From contig OX597825.1 of assembly GCA_951406725.2 (NCBI GenBank), positions 79,298,001-79,362,000 on the forward strand: DNA of 64,000 nucleotides. Reading direction: 5' to 3'. Positions within the stretch are counted from its first letter, which is position 1. Every line of letters starts with the position of its first letter. Made by a program: the position numbers and the translations under genes. Positions 51,296-64,000 of the stretch are shown one piece after another. Source of the stretch: Octopus vulgaris. Taxonomy: Eukaryota. A model generated the notes under the pieces. The model was not told where the DNA came from and searched no databases. It was given only the letters and a program-made list of their open reading frames with translations.

Positions 51296-54200
51296 TGATG
51301 GGCTTCTTTCAGTTTCTGTCTACCAAATCCACTCACAAGGCTTTGGTCGGCCTGAGGCTTTAGTAGAAGACACTTGCCCAAGGTGCCATGTAGTGGGACT
51401 GAACCTGGAACCATGTGGTTCGTAAGCAAGCTACCTACCACACAGCCACTGCTACTCCTATACGTTTAAAAAATTTTTTTTTTTTCTTTTTGAGTTTTAA
51501 ATTGGGTTTCTTCTTGTTCAAGAGCCAGTGGCACTGTTTCAGAGAAAAATCTCATTAACAGAAGAGAGCATGAAATTTGATTTAATACACATGGGTAAGA
51601 GTTTTGGAATTAGAAAAGGAATGATAAAATGTATTGCTTATGATTTCCTCCACTGAAGTGAAATAAGTAGAACAGGTAGTGGAACCCGGTTTCTGGGCTT
51701 CTTGGTTTACTTTCTGGATCACTCAGTTTTGGTTCATGGTAATTAATAAAATAGTAATTGGTAATTAACGCTTTAGCATTCAGATTTTATTTATTTATGT
51801 GCCCTTTTCAAGCCTATCCAGGCTCATGGGCCCGGTTTCCCGGTTTCTGTGGTGTATGTGTTCCCCCCCAGCTGGACAGGACGCCAGTCCATTGCAGTGT
51901 TACTCAAGAAACGGAAGAGAGAGTGAGAGAAAGTTTGGGGCAAAAGAGTACAACAGGGGTCGCCACCCTCCTGCCAGAGTCTTGTGGAGCTTTAGGTGTT
52001 TTTGCTCAATAAACACATACAACGCCTGGTCTGGGAATCGAAACCGCGATCCTCCGACTGCAAGTCTGCTGCCCTAACCACTGGGCCATTGTGCCACCAC
52101 AAGCATTCAGATTACTCTGTAAAATGTCATAGTTATTTATTCCTATTGTTGTGAATTAATCATGCATTATCTCATGGCTTTAGTTCAGTGATGTGATTAT
52201 TTATTTTTACAAGGACATTGTATGATAGGTATAAGAGGCCAAATCTGGCTGCTTTGAACATAGAACAGGTAGATTTGGATTGGGTTTGGCCAGCTTAAAT
52301 ACTAAGGGGTCAGAATGATAACAACACAGTTTTGGAACTAAACAATGAATATAGTAGATGCAATGACAGACCTAGAAGGTTACATAAATGCTCCCTACTT
52401 CAAATCTTACATATTTAAGAAAGGATAGCCTTGGGTTAGTCCTGATTGAGCAGGGTTAACTTTGGGCTAAGCACCTGCTAATTACAAAGTTTGCTCAATC
52501 AAGGCAAATATGATTGAGCGGACTTATCTTAAAAGACATTCTTATTGTAACCATTTCATTTTTTTCACATAACTCACTTGCAATAAGATGTGATTTGAGG
52601 ATGGTTTGGCTGCTATTTCTAGTAGGTTTAACAATGAGCAACCCCAAAAGTGTTCATTGTTGAGTCCTGGTCTAATGGTTAGCATTTAGAGTTTGCATGA
52701 CATAGTATTTGAGATATAACAGCTGAGTTAAAAGTTTATTAAGTGATATCACCATGTCTATATTTTCCCCTATTTATACGTAAACTCATTTCTTATGGGA
52801 AAGAGGAAGATACTTTGTTGTTATTTAATCTGCTAGAAACAGCAGCCAACTCTCTCTGAAATCATATCCTGTTGTCTTAAATAAAGAAGAATTGATGGGC
52901 CAATGTAGTCTCTGTTATACAAAAAGGTGGTTGCAGCTGGAACATCTGTTGTTGTGTGGTCATAAGTGAACTTGTAAAAATTTGCTCAGCCTGCTAGAAA
53001 TACCAACCAAATCCTGAAATCAGGCTCTACCATCCTAGAAATAATAATTACATTAAATAAGGAACTGCATCTGAATAAAAGACAAAATGGTCAGAGCAAG
53101 ACTGCTTTTGATTGTAGGTCTGCTTGATCAAGTCTGCTGGTTTGGGGCTAAACATCATTTCTTATGCATTTTGGGTTTGGAGTGGGGAGCATATGTATTC
53201 TACTAGGCCCTTCTCTGTATCTACTATACTCCTTGTTCAGTTTCCAAACTGGGGCTGCTGTCACTTTGTTAGTATCAAGAATTTTTGTTGCTGTTTTGCT
53301 CCTGGTCAGTTTTAAGCAAGTTGTTCTTATATATCATCATCATCATCGTTTAATGTCTGCTTTCCATGCTAGCATGGGTTAGATGATTTGACCAAGGACT
53401 GGCGAACCAGTTGGCTCCACCAGACTCCAATCTGATCTAGCAGAGTTTCTACTGCTGGATGCCCTTCCTAACGCCAACAACTCTGAGAGTGTAGTGGGTG
53501 CTTTTACGTGCTACTGGCACGAGGGCCAGTCATGTGGTACTGGCAATGGCCCTGCTCAAATGGTGTTTTTTTACATGTCACCTGACCAGGAGCCGGTCCA
53601 GCAGCACTGGCAATGACCTCGCTATAAAAACTACAAATAGTAAGAATGCATCCTATGATCCAATGATGTCATTCATAGCCCAGTGATATGTTCTCATGCA
53701 CATTGTCTATGAGAAGAATTTTCCCCTGAGACTATTTTCACAGAAAAACGCCTTCCCATGTTCAAGTGTACTTGATCATGTTAAATCTGATTCTACACAC
53801 ATATATTTCACCCTACACTATTTTGTGCACCTCTTGTTAATTAATTCCAATGTCATCAAACTTTGTGCAAATCATTATTGCCAATCAGTTCACAGTGTGA
53901 TCTGGGTGTATTTTATTATACCACTAATATGAGAGAGAGTCTCTCTATTTCTGGACTAATGTGTCTTACTCTTTTACTTGTTTCAATCATTTGACTGCGG
54001 CCATGCTGGAGCACCACCTTTAGTCGAGCAAATCAACCCCCAGGACTTATTCTTTGTAACCCTAGTACTTATTCTATTGGACTCTTTTGTCGAACCGCTA
54101 AGTTACAGGGACGTAAACACACCAGCATCGGTTGTCAAGCGATGTTGGGGGGACAAACACAGACATACAAACACACACGCATATATATATATATTATACG

Positions 54201-54839
54201 ACGGGCTTCTTTCAGTTTCCGTCTACCAAATCCACCCACAAGGCTTTGGTTGGCGCGAGGCTATAGTAGAAGTCACTTGCCCAAGGTGCCACACAGTGGG
54301 ACTGAACCCGGAACCATGTGGTTGGTAAGCAAGCTACTTACCACACAGCAAACTCCTACGCCTATAAATGTCTTGTCATCATATTTAATCTGTGTTACTG
54401 CTCTCCCCAACAGGTTGCTTTTGCTCTGGATTTTGGATGCACATTTCCTCTCTGCAAAGTTTTTCATTCCTGTTGCTTTCCCCGTAGTTTCTTTGTCTAC
54501 TCATGCAGAATTTCAGAGTTACTGCACTGCGTGTCATGTTGCCTTCACTATAATTTAGCAGTCACATCTGACTACACTCTTGTCAAGACTGCACAAATGG
54601 TCACCCAAGAGCTCTCTCACTGCCATGTTTTCAAGATGCCTGGAATATTTGACGTAATGGCTATTGGTCATACTTGTTAAGATAGCCTGTGGATAGGGTT
54701 GGGCTGGAGGAAATATCCTCTGTACTGGCTTCCATGGTTCTCAGTTCTTTCTCATCTCATCAGCTCTGTCATTACCTCAAAATGAAACCTGGCACTCATG
54801 TTAATTTGAAGTTAGATTTATGAGACCCAATCTTTTTAG

Positions 54840-54910
54840 GGTTCAACCCTGGGAAAATATCGTGTGGAAGAAGCAGCAGCGTCCAGAATACAAATACCTA
54901 ATGTCATATT
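54840..54910 (+). other. Possible exon (GSTLGKYRVEEAAASRIQIPNVI in phase 0)
   Basis: Acceptor tctttttag| and donor |gtgagt, in frame with the 46512 exon. A diverged look-alike at ~55804-55850 suggests it may instead be a repeat. Confidence 0.25.
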
Positions 54911-55117
54911 GTGAGTGACAGGTTTATTAACACTCTAAAGTTGAGGTGAAAATAACTCTCATTATTTTGAATACTTTTATTTCTAAGGAAATATATTTGT
55001 TAATTCTTTGGTTTGGTAATACAAACAGGAAAAATAGAACTCAAAACATGTTTAATAGATTTATGCAAGGTTAGTGTGTGCACATGTGTGTATACATAAT
55101 TGTGTGTATGTGTGTGT

Positions 55118-55150
<33 letters not shown>

Positions 55151-55155
<5 letters not shown>

Positions 55156-55356
55156 CGGTGGCACATAAAAACACCATCCGAGCGTGGCCATTTGCCAGCC
55201 TCGTCTGGCACCTGTGTCGGTGGCACATAAAAACACCATCCGAGCGTGGCCGTCTGCCAGCCTTGTCTGGCACCTGTGTCGGTGGCACATAAAAACACCA
55301 TCCGAGCGTGGCCGTTCGCCAGCCTCGTCTGGCACCTGTGTCGGTGGCACATAAAA
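55151..55356 (+). repeat. 62-bp tandem repeat (3.3 units) at the 5' side of a (GAT)n-tailed SINE
   Basis: Units start at 55151, 55213, 55275 and 55337 (tgtgtcggtggcacataaaaacaccatccgagcgtggcc...). Confidence 0.9.
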
Positions 55357-57313
55357 TCACCCACTACACTCTCGGAGTGGTTGGCGTTAGGAAGGGCATC
55401 CAGCTGTAGAAACACTGCCAGATCTGACTGGCCTGGTGCAGCCTTCGGGCTCCCCAGACACCAGTTGAACCGTCCAACCCATGCTAGCATGGAAAGCGGA
55501 CGTTAAATGATGATGATGATGATATATATATATAAATAGATGGAGAGAGAGAATTTGAGAGTATTGTGCTGGCACATATCAAAACGTCATTTATGATACT
55601 TTGCCCATTGAACCACTTTATAAATCCTGCCAATTAGATTTTTAAAAAAAATGTTAATCTTTTGCACATTTGATAAAAAGATCTTTTAATGGACTTCTGA
55701 AATTCTCAGATCTGTATCTCTTAACATACCATGTTTATCTGTTTTGCCATCATCTCAGTATCTAGCCCAAGGCTTAAAGTTGAATCTGTTGAATTCCTGA
55801 TTTGGGTTCAACACTGAAAAAATATCATGTGGAAGAAACTTGCAGAGTATGATCAACTAAAAACCTTGAAAAGTAAACAGCATAGATTTAGTCCTGTGAC
55901 TGAAGCCAAATATATATTGATTTATTCTGAGCAAACTTAACACTGTACTTTGTATTTTTACCAAAGCACTGATGTGGTACTTTGATTAGATTATATATTT
56001 TAATCAGATAATTGTGTAATCCTAGCACTTGCATTATCAAAACATGTGTATGCTTTATAAAGCTTAAAATACCAAATGTTTTTTGTATTTCATTAATATA
56101 AGTGTGCACGTGTGTGTTTATGGTAATGGTTGGAATCTATATCACTGGATTCCTGCCTAGTGTATGCTGTCAGTACTTGTGATGAATCTCCAGTCTTCTT
56201 CTATCAGCTTCAACCATTCATCCTCCCATTCCTGTCCTTTCCCAAGCAACTTTTGACATTTATCATTCCTATCATCACCATCTCTGTTGTTCTTTCTTGC
56301 TATGCTACATCATTGTTTGCTGTTTAACTTCCTACCAATGTGCAGTTATCACTGCCTCATCTTTTCCTCCTCCCCTACCTTTCCATCACTCTCTTTCCCC
56401 TGTCACACTCATATTTTCCCCTCTTTCACACATTTGACCATCACTCTTCTTCTATACTCTTGGTTACATTTGCCTTGAGAAGGGTGGAGACTTTGCAAAA
56501 TAGAGACGATTTGTTAGTCTTGCATGGGACAAAGCAACTTCTGTAGTGTTCGTGCCACAATGAAATGCACCCAATACACTTTGTAAAGTGGTTAGTATTT
56601 GAAGGGGTAGCCGCCCATGTAAAATGGAATGCGCACGTGAGAAGTTCTCTGACTTGTCTAAAAGGGCAGTAACTCTGAATGGGAATTGACTGTAATTGTG
56701 TCAATCATCTGACTTATGCAACCCTGGAAAATGGATGTAAAGAATGACAATTACATATCTCCCTCTTATGATCTATCTTTTCTCCATTACTCTGCTCAAG
56801 CTGTTTTATTCAATCTCTTTACCAACAATTGTCATATAGCTGTTTATCACTTTCCCATTTCCATTACTTTCTCTTCTATTACTTGCATGCTCCTTTCTCA
56901 CTGGTTCTTTTCTTTTACTTCTATCAGCCCCTTGCTCTAGTTATCTTCCCATCCAAATGTGTGGCAAAGAAAGAGAAGAACAGGAAACAGGAATCTTTTT
57001 GGTCTTGCCAGGAATGAGAGCAGCCTCTGATGTGGGGGAAAAATTCCTTATTCTTGATAGGGACAAAACAACCTCTCTAGTCATACTGCCATGATAAAAT
57101 ACCCACAGATCATCCTGTTAAGTGGTTGCTATTAGAAAGGGCATCCAGCTATAGAAACCATGCCAAAAATGGAGAGTATTAGCAAGATATGTTCCTTATC
57201 TGTCTAAAGAGAGCAGTAACACTGACAGAAGAGGGCAGTAACTCTGAATAAGAACTGACTTGAAGTGTGACAACCCATCTGACCATGTCAGCATGGAAAA
57301 GCAGATATAAAAG

Positions 57314-57357
<44 letters not shown>

Positions 57358-60300
57358 TGGACTGCTGAAATCTACACAAAACAACCTAAACAAAGATAAT
57401 TTAAAGCTGTACCAGCAATGGGACTGACCTTTGATTCTCTGATACAGATTTCCTTTTAACCCTTTTACTGTGGAAATCAGATGTATCCATCCAAAATTTA
57501 ATTACCCTTGACTGTAGAAAGTAGTTTTTAAAATTTGTTTTTATACCAGTCTGTTTTATTGAAGAATACCATTTTTGAAACTATTTTCGTTGACAATATG
57601 CCAAGTTTATTGAGGCAATGTGACTTGCAGAAAAGACCAATTTTATTTTTTGATAGGTATTTAACATCATTACTAGAATGACCACGAAATTTCATTTTGC
57701 GGTTAAAGCGATCTGAGATAAAACTGCATCAAAATTTCCTATTAATGTATGTCCCCCCGCCACACCAGCTTAATAGCGACAGCTATTTTACTAAATTCTT
57801 TTAGTATTTTTAAAATCAATTGAAATTAAGGCAGTGTATTTCAACAGAAATATGGTAACAAATAGGTTAAGCTGAACGTCAGACACTATTGATCAGACCA
57901 ATGTTGTTGCTAATCAGTTGTGTATAGAATCTGCAACATCTTATATCCTCTACCAGTGAGAATATAACGAACCACTGCTGGGTTAAATATGTATTAATAT
58001 AAATGGCAGTGTGTCTCAGTCTTTGTTTGTCCATCCCCCATAGGGAAGTAACTCTAAACTCATTGGATTTACCTCCCTTAGTTGCTATATTTTTATTAGT
58101 ATAACCTGTCACATGATAGGCACAAGATCCTAAATTTTTGGGGAGGGGTGGGCCAGTCGATTAGATCAACCTCAGTATTCTATTGGTACTTAATTTATCA
58201 ACCCCCGAAAGGATGAAAGGCGAAGTCGACCTCGGTGGAATTTGAACTCAGAATGTAAAGACAGATGAAATATCACTAAGCATTTCACCTGGCATGCTAA
58301 GTCACCTGACAGATAATGATGGGAACAAAGTCTGGACACTGTTGGTAGCATTATATATCTATAATTAATAAATATTATTATTGTTGGTGGTGGATTGACA
58401 GATTTGTTAGAGTATTGGTGAAAAAAAATGCCTTGTGGTATTTCTTCTAATTCTTTATGTTCTAAGTTCAAATTCCTCTACCTTTCATCACTCCAGTGTC
58501 AATAAAATAAAGTACCAGTCAGTTACTGGGGTCAATTGTGTCAGCTAATACTCTCCCTTCAAAAGTTACTTACCAGGGCCTAAATTAGAAACTTTTATTA
58601 TTATTATTATTATTGGTAACATATTTACTAGAAATATGCAAATGGCATTTGTTTCCATTTCAATTTGATTTGATCTTTTATCTTTTAATTGTTTTAGTAA
58701 TTGGACAGCAGCCATGCTGGAGCACTGCTTTGAAGTGTTTAGCTGAACACTTCAACTCTAATACTTACTCTTTTTAAATCTGGTACATATTATGTCAGTC
58801 TCTTTTGCCAAACCACTAAGTTATCAGACTAAGTAATCAGACTAGCAGTGATGGTGGTCCCACACACACACATACACACACACACACACACATGCACACG
58901 CACATGCACACACACATGTACATGCACACGCGCGTGCGCACATACACACACACACAAAGCTTCAATTCAGTTTCTGTCTATTAAATACATTCACAAGGTA
59001 TTGGTTGTCTCAGGGCTATAATAGAACACTTTTATCCAAAGTGTCACACTGTGAAATTGAACCTGAAACCACATGGCTGCAAAGCAGCCTTCTTAACCAT
59101 CCAACCATAGTATTTTCATTTTGAAAATTAGCAGTGATTTTATTCATTAATTTGTATGAACTTGAAGGAATTTAAAACGAGAAGTGAAATTATAATTTTT
59201 GTTACCTACATTTAAGTTCATGCATGGCTGTTTGATTAACAAGCTTGCTTCCCAACCATGCCATTGTCGTTTCAGTCCCATTGTGTAGCACTTTCTATTA
59301 TATATAGCCCTAGATTGGCTAATGTTTTAGAAGTGGATTTGGTATATGAAAACTTATAGAAGTCCGTGTGTGTGTGTGTGTCTCTATGTTTGTCTTGTAC
59401 TACTGCTTCATAACCAGTGTTGCTTTACTCAACCCTCTTACTTGTTTCAGTCATTGGACTGCAGCCATGCTGGAACACCGCCTTAAAGGGTTTCAGTTGA
59501 AGACATCAACCCCCCAGGACTTATTCGTTGTAAGCCTAGTACTTATCCTATTGGTCTCTTTACTGAACCACTAAGGTGTGCGGACGTAAATGCACCAGCA
59601 TTGGTTGTTAAGCAATGGCGGACACACACAAACACGCACATAAATAAATATGTACGTATGTACACACACATGGCGAGCTTCTTTCAGTTTCTGTCTACCA
59701 CATCCAATCACAAGGCTTGAGTAGAAGCTATAGTAGAAACACTTGCCCAAAATTCAATAATTAAAAATTCCATAATTAAACATCAAGAATGTATGTGCCA
59801 TTTCTATCTGTACAAAATATCAAATGACTTTATTGAAAAATGTGTCTGTCATCTAAGTAGTAGCAATTAGTATTGGTTTCAAATTTTGGCACAAGGCCAC
59901 CAATTTTGGGGGAGGGGAAAAGTCAATTACATCAACCCCAGTACTCAACTGGTACTTATTTTATCAACCTTGAGAGGATGAAAGGCAAAGTCAACCTCAG
60001 TGGAATTTGAACTCAGAACACCCAGACAAAATGCCACTAAGCATTTTGCCCAGCCTGCTAACAATTCTGCCAGCTCACATTTTATGTAGCAATTAATATT
60101 CTTCTCTACTCTAGGCACAAGGCCTGAAATTTTGGGGAGGGGGCCAGTCAATTAGATCGACCTCAGTACGCAGTGGGTACTTAATTTATCAACTCCGAAG
60201 GATGAAAGGCAAAGTTGACCTCAGCGGAAATTTGAACTCAGAACGTAAAGGCAGATGAAATACCACTAAGCATTTTGCCCAGCGTTCTAACGTTTTTGCC

Positions 60301-61060
60301 AGTTTGCCACCTTATGTAGCAATTAATATTAACAGCACACTCACGCACAACAGGTAAGAGAATGGCAATATTGGTATCACACTTATTCTAGAGGTATGAC
60401 TCTTTTCTACAACTGACGGGTTATATACATTTTTCAATATGGTGAAAAATATACAATCATGGATACAAATAAAACAGATAGTAGAACATGATGCAGTCCT
60501 TGGACCCATCTAACCCCATCAAACCTTCCAACCTCTGCCAGCTTAGAAGATGGACATTAAATAATAATGATGATGATGAAGTAATTTTGAGGTAACTACC
60601 TGGATTTTATAACTCTCCTTTCACATAATAACCGAATATATAAATTTTAATATTTTGCTTAGGCATAACAAAACTAATAACCTGGTGTAGAACTCAATAT
60701 ACGTATGGTCCAGAATACAATGTTATTATATGAGTATAGAATGGTAACAGAAATCAAGAGATGACACTGGAAAAAACCAAATGTTATGTAATGAACTTCA
60801 TTCACTTACAGCCGTTTCTGCTATATGATGTGGTGGACTCTTACTTGAGTCCCAGGATAACATCCTTTGGCTTTTGGGAAAGTTACATTTTCAGAACATA
60901 CAGGCGTTATGAGTGCAAAAGTTTATGTTGATGGCTATGGAAAATTCTGTTTCTAGGTAGGAAAGAAAGATGCAAATATATGCATAGGGTAGAATTAAAA
61001 GGGAGATGTATGGGTTGATGAGCACACTTGTTCATATACATATTATATATATATATATAT

Positions 61061-61094
<34 letters not shown>

Positions 61095-62344
61095 GCACAC
61101 GTACACACACACACAAAAGTACTTGCTTAAACAATCACACAGGCACACACACGCAAACACACACACACATAATTATGGGTGTGTGTGTGGGACCTTGTTT
61201 GGCCCTACCTGCCTGTCTGCCTGAGATTTGAAACTGCATCCATAGACTTGTTGATTGTCAGACAAGTGTGTGATCCTTTGTGTTTTCATCTCCAGACAGG
61301 GAAACACTTGAACTTCTATGACCTTTGCTGGTCACAGAAGGGTCAGTCCTTTGTTTCAGATACAACCTACTTCCTGGCTATAGGCTATATAACAGAGAAT
61401 CCTGTTTCTCTACTCTCTTTGGCTTTCAGCAGGAAAACCAAGAGCAGCTTTCGTACAGAATAAGAAAGGGACAGTGCCCTTTTTACCCTTTCTTCCTCTC
61501 TTGTCAGCGCAGGGCACTCCTTACTCTTTCTCTACCAGCAGAATACACCTTCCACACTACAAGCTACCAACCAGTGGGCTATGCTTTGTCATTGTCAATT
61601 ATGTACAATTACTGCTATCTGACTTTCTAGCCACTTGCTGGCCACTAGTATGGGAGCCAGTCAGGCGGCACTGGTATTGACCATGCTCGAATGGTGCTTT
61701 TTATGTGCCACCGGCATGGGAGCCAGTCAGGCAGCACTGACAATGGTCATGCCATATACGATGGGCTTCTTTTAGTTTCTGTCTTGCAAAATCCACTCTC
61801 AAACCTTTGATTGGCCCAAGGCTATAGTAGAAGACACTTGCCCAAAGTGCCATGCAATGGGACTGAACCTGGGACCATGCGTCTGGGAAACTAGCTACAC
61901 CGGCGCCTATTCAATGTCCATTTTCCATGCTAGTATGGTTTGGACAGGATGTGATAATTCAGAGGACCAGTGTCAACTTTGGTGTGATTTCTATAGTTAG
62001 ATGACCTTCTTAATGCCAATCATTTGTATTCTGGGTCCCTTTTTTTTTCATGGCACCAGCACTAGTGAATCTGCTTGGGAACTTGCAAGACCTAAATGGG
62101 CCGAATAATTGATAAAGAATAGATGGAACAGATTAATTGTGACAGGATGGTAGTGGAGAGAATAGCAGAGGCGACAGTGTTGGGATGGGAGTAATGGGGA
62201 CAGCAAATAGGGAGACAATGTAATAATGGTTATGGGATGGGTCAAGTAGCTGAGCCCTGTATGTATTGATTTATGTGGGTGTGTTTCCAGACATATGATC
62301 TTCCAGCAGCCACCCTCTTGTCCCAGGGCAGCACTACCTCCTCC

Positions 62345-62740
62345 AGTCACTTGATGTAGGTCTCTGTGTTGAGTCTGAGGCCGTGTGGGAAGATGAATAG
62401 AGGTGTAACATCACCATCACTAGCGATCACTCCAAATAACATGACGTTGACTGGACGTCTGATTTTTATCACGCTTAGTACATGTTTTGGGGACACGGCA
62501 AACCAACGGTTGTTCTGTGTGTTCACTATCTGTTCATATTGGAGCTTCTGGTCCGAATGCCGAGTAGTACAGCATGTCGTTTCCAAATTTCTGGCAGAGT
62601 GAATTGTGTCATGGTACTGTTTTTCTCACAGATGGTGCCCAACTGACCCTACTATACTGTGTAGTTGACAAAATCAAAAACAAACAATGCGTATGTGTGA
62701 ATTAAAAATATAAAATGGTGACAATTTATCCATCGCACCC

Positions 62741-62742
<2 letters not shown>
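62345..62742 (-). mobile_element. Tc1/mariner-superfamily (maT-like) transposase relic with one TIR
   Basis: ORF reads QNNRWFA..VMLFGVIASDGDVTPLFIFPHGLRLNTETYIK; terminus cagggtgcgatggataaattgtcacc. Confidence 0.75.
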
Positions 62743-62781
<39 letters not shown>

Positions 62782-62834
62782 GTATAGAACCAAATAGTGA
62801 AGGATTATCAATCTGGGCAAATTACTTGAAAAAC

Positions 62835-62877
<43 letters not shown>

Positions 62878-63012
62878 AGATGTACTCGCATAGCAAGTAA
62901 TTTGATCTGAGATCGTGTGCTGAAACGAAAACAATTGCAGCGTGGGAGGTGTTTATAAGCCATTTAAGAAACACACAAAAGCCGTTCGATTCACTCCAAC
63001 ATTTAAGTTTAA

Positions 63013-63062
63013 TTTGTCAAAATATTTTCGTCGCTAAAATCCGCGACCTGTTCACTGACAAA
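63013..63062 (-). ncRNA. Type I hammerhead variant with a G3:C8 swapped core, in a (TA)n-flanked element (~62875-63080)
   Basis: UUUGUCA GUGAACA G GUCGC-GGAUUUUA-GCGAC GAAA AUAU UU^ UGACAAA: 7-bp stem I, 5-bp stem II and palindromic stem III AAUAUU. Confidence 0.7.
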
Positions 63063-63093
63063 GTCCGTGCTGCATCACATATATATATATGTA

Positions 63094-63134
<41 letters not shown>

Positions 63135-64000
63135 TTGTCTTTTAAGTCCTTATTTCCATGCTAACTTTTGGGTGAGACAAATATAGTATTGAGGCATTGT
63201 ATTACACCCAGATACCCAGCTTGTCATTAACTCATACCTGCTTTTCAAGTGAGGGGCCCCCTATTTCACATGTGTCTGAAGATATGAAGGAAGACGATGA
63301 TTTGTTGACAGGGAAACGACAAATTGTAGCTTAACTATTTTCAATAAAGTGCAGCTGTAAAGAAATGCACACATGCACACAGAGAGTGGGCTTCTCTCAG
63401 TTTTTGTCTATCAGATCCACTCCTGGCACAAAGCTTTAGCCAGTCTGGGGATATATCAGAAGATTGAAGGTGCCACGCAAAGGGACTGAACCAGAAACCC
63501 TGTGGTTGAGAAGTGAACTGTGTCACCACTCAACTTCTCCCCTCCCCCACCCACCAAAAATGGGCCCACATCTCCTACCTTCATTTCCCAATATCTCACC
63601 CTATTACCTCAATATCATCATCACCATCATTGTTTTATCATTCACTTTTCCATGTTTGCATGAAGCAAGACGGAATTTTTTTGAAGTGGATTTTCTATGG
63701 CTGGATGCCCTTCCTGTTGCTAACTCTCAACTATTTCCAACTGATGTAATACTTCCCCATGGCTAGACACATTTTCACAGAAACAAATGACAGTGAAATT
63801 TGTTTGCAACTACCATGCAATGTCAAGGCAAGATGACAGTAATGCACATGTACACACACACACACCAGCCTTCCTTCTTTCAGTTTCTGCCTACAAAATC
63901 CTCTCACATGGCCTTGGTTGGTCTGTGGCTACCTAAAACCATGTGGTTTGAAAGCAGGATTGGGAAGCGAGTGCTAGGCATAGTGTACGAAGGAGTTATA

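Noticed and set aside
55151-55356. CRISPR-like periodic palindromic repeats
   Set aside because: The intervening sequences are near-identical rather than unique spacers, the context is a eukaryotic SINE, and no cas genes are present.
60800-60925. Minus-strand GAAACGGCUGUA^AGUG half-hammerhead
   Set aside because: The CUGANGA box is not recognisable; at best a dead remnant, so not called as a feature.

Overview
AT-rich, microsatellite-dense animal genomic DNA. The SINE/LINE repertoire resembles a coleoid cephalopod such as Octopus, but this is an inference and was not verified. No intact long ORF is present; nearly all listed ORFs are translations of (TA)n, (CA)n or trinucleotide repeats. Recognisable content: decayed LINE fragments (RTE, CR1/L2, R4/Dong-like), mariner/Tc1 relics, piggyBac-like and hAT-like MITEs, two non-autonomous Helitrons, three abundant SINE families and a decayed 28S rDNA fragment (25034-26015, minus). 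There is a likely first coding exon of a plus-strand gene at 46512 and a tentative small spliced minus-strand transcript (about 10.5 kb to 2.4 kb). The main signal is a set of type I hammerhead ribozymes (HHRs) in Penelope-like terminal repeats lying in (TA)n tracts. These include a young ~535-bp x 2.7 tandem array with one complete HHR per unit (7305-8762, retrozyme-like, predicted 534/536-nt monomers), two fold-back elements with HHRs on both strands (23648-23780, 26225-26435), a long-loop HHR at 3505-3582, a G3:C8 core-swapped HHR at 63013-63062 (minus) and several decayed copies. All structures were read by eye; no folding, alignment or database search was run.
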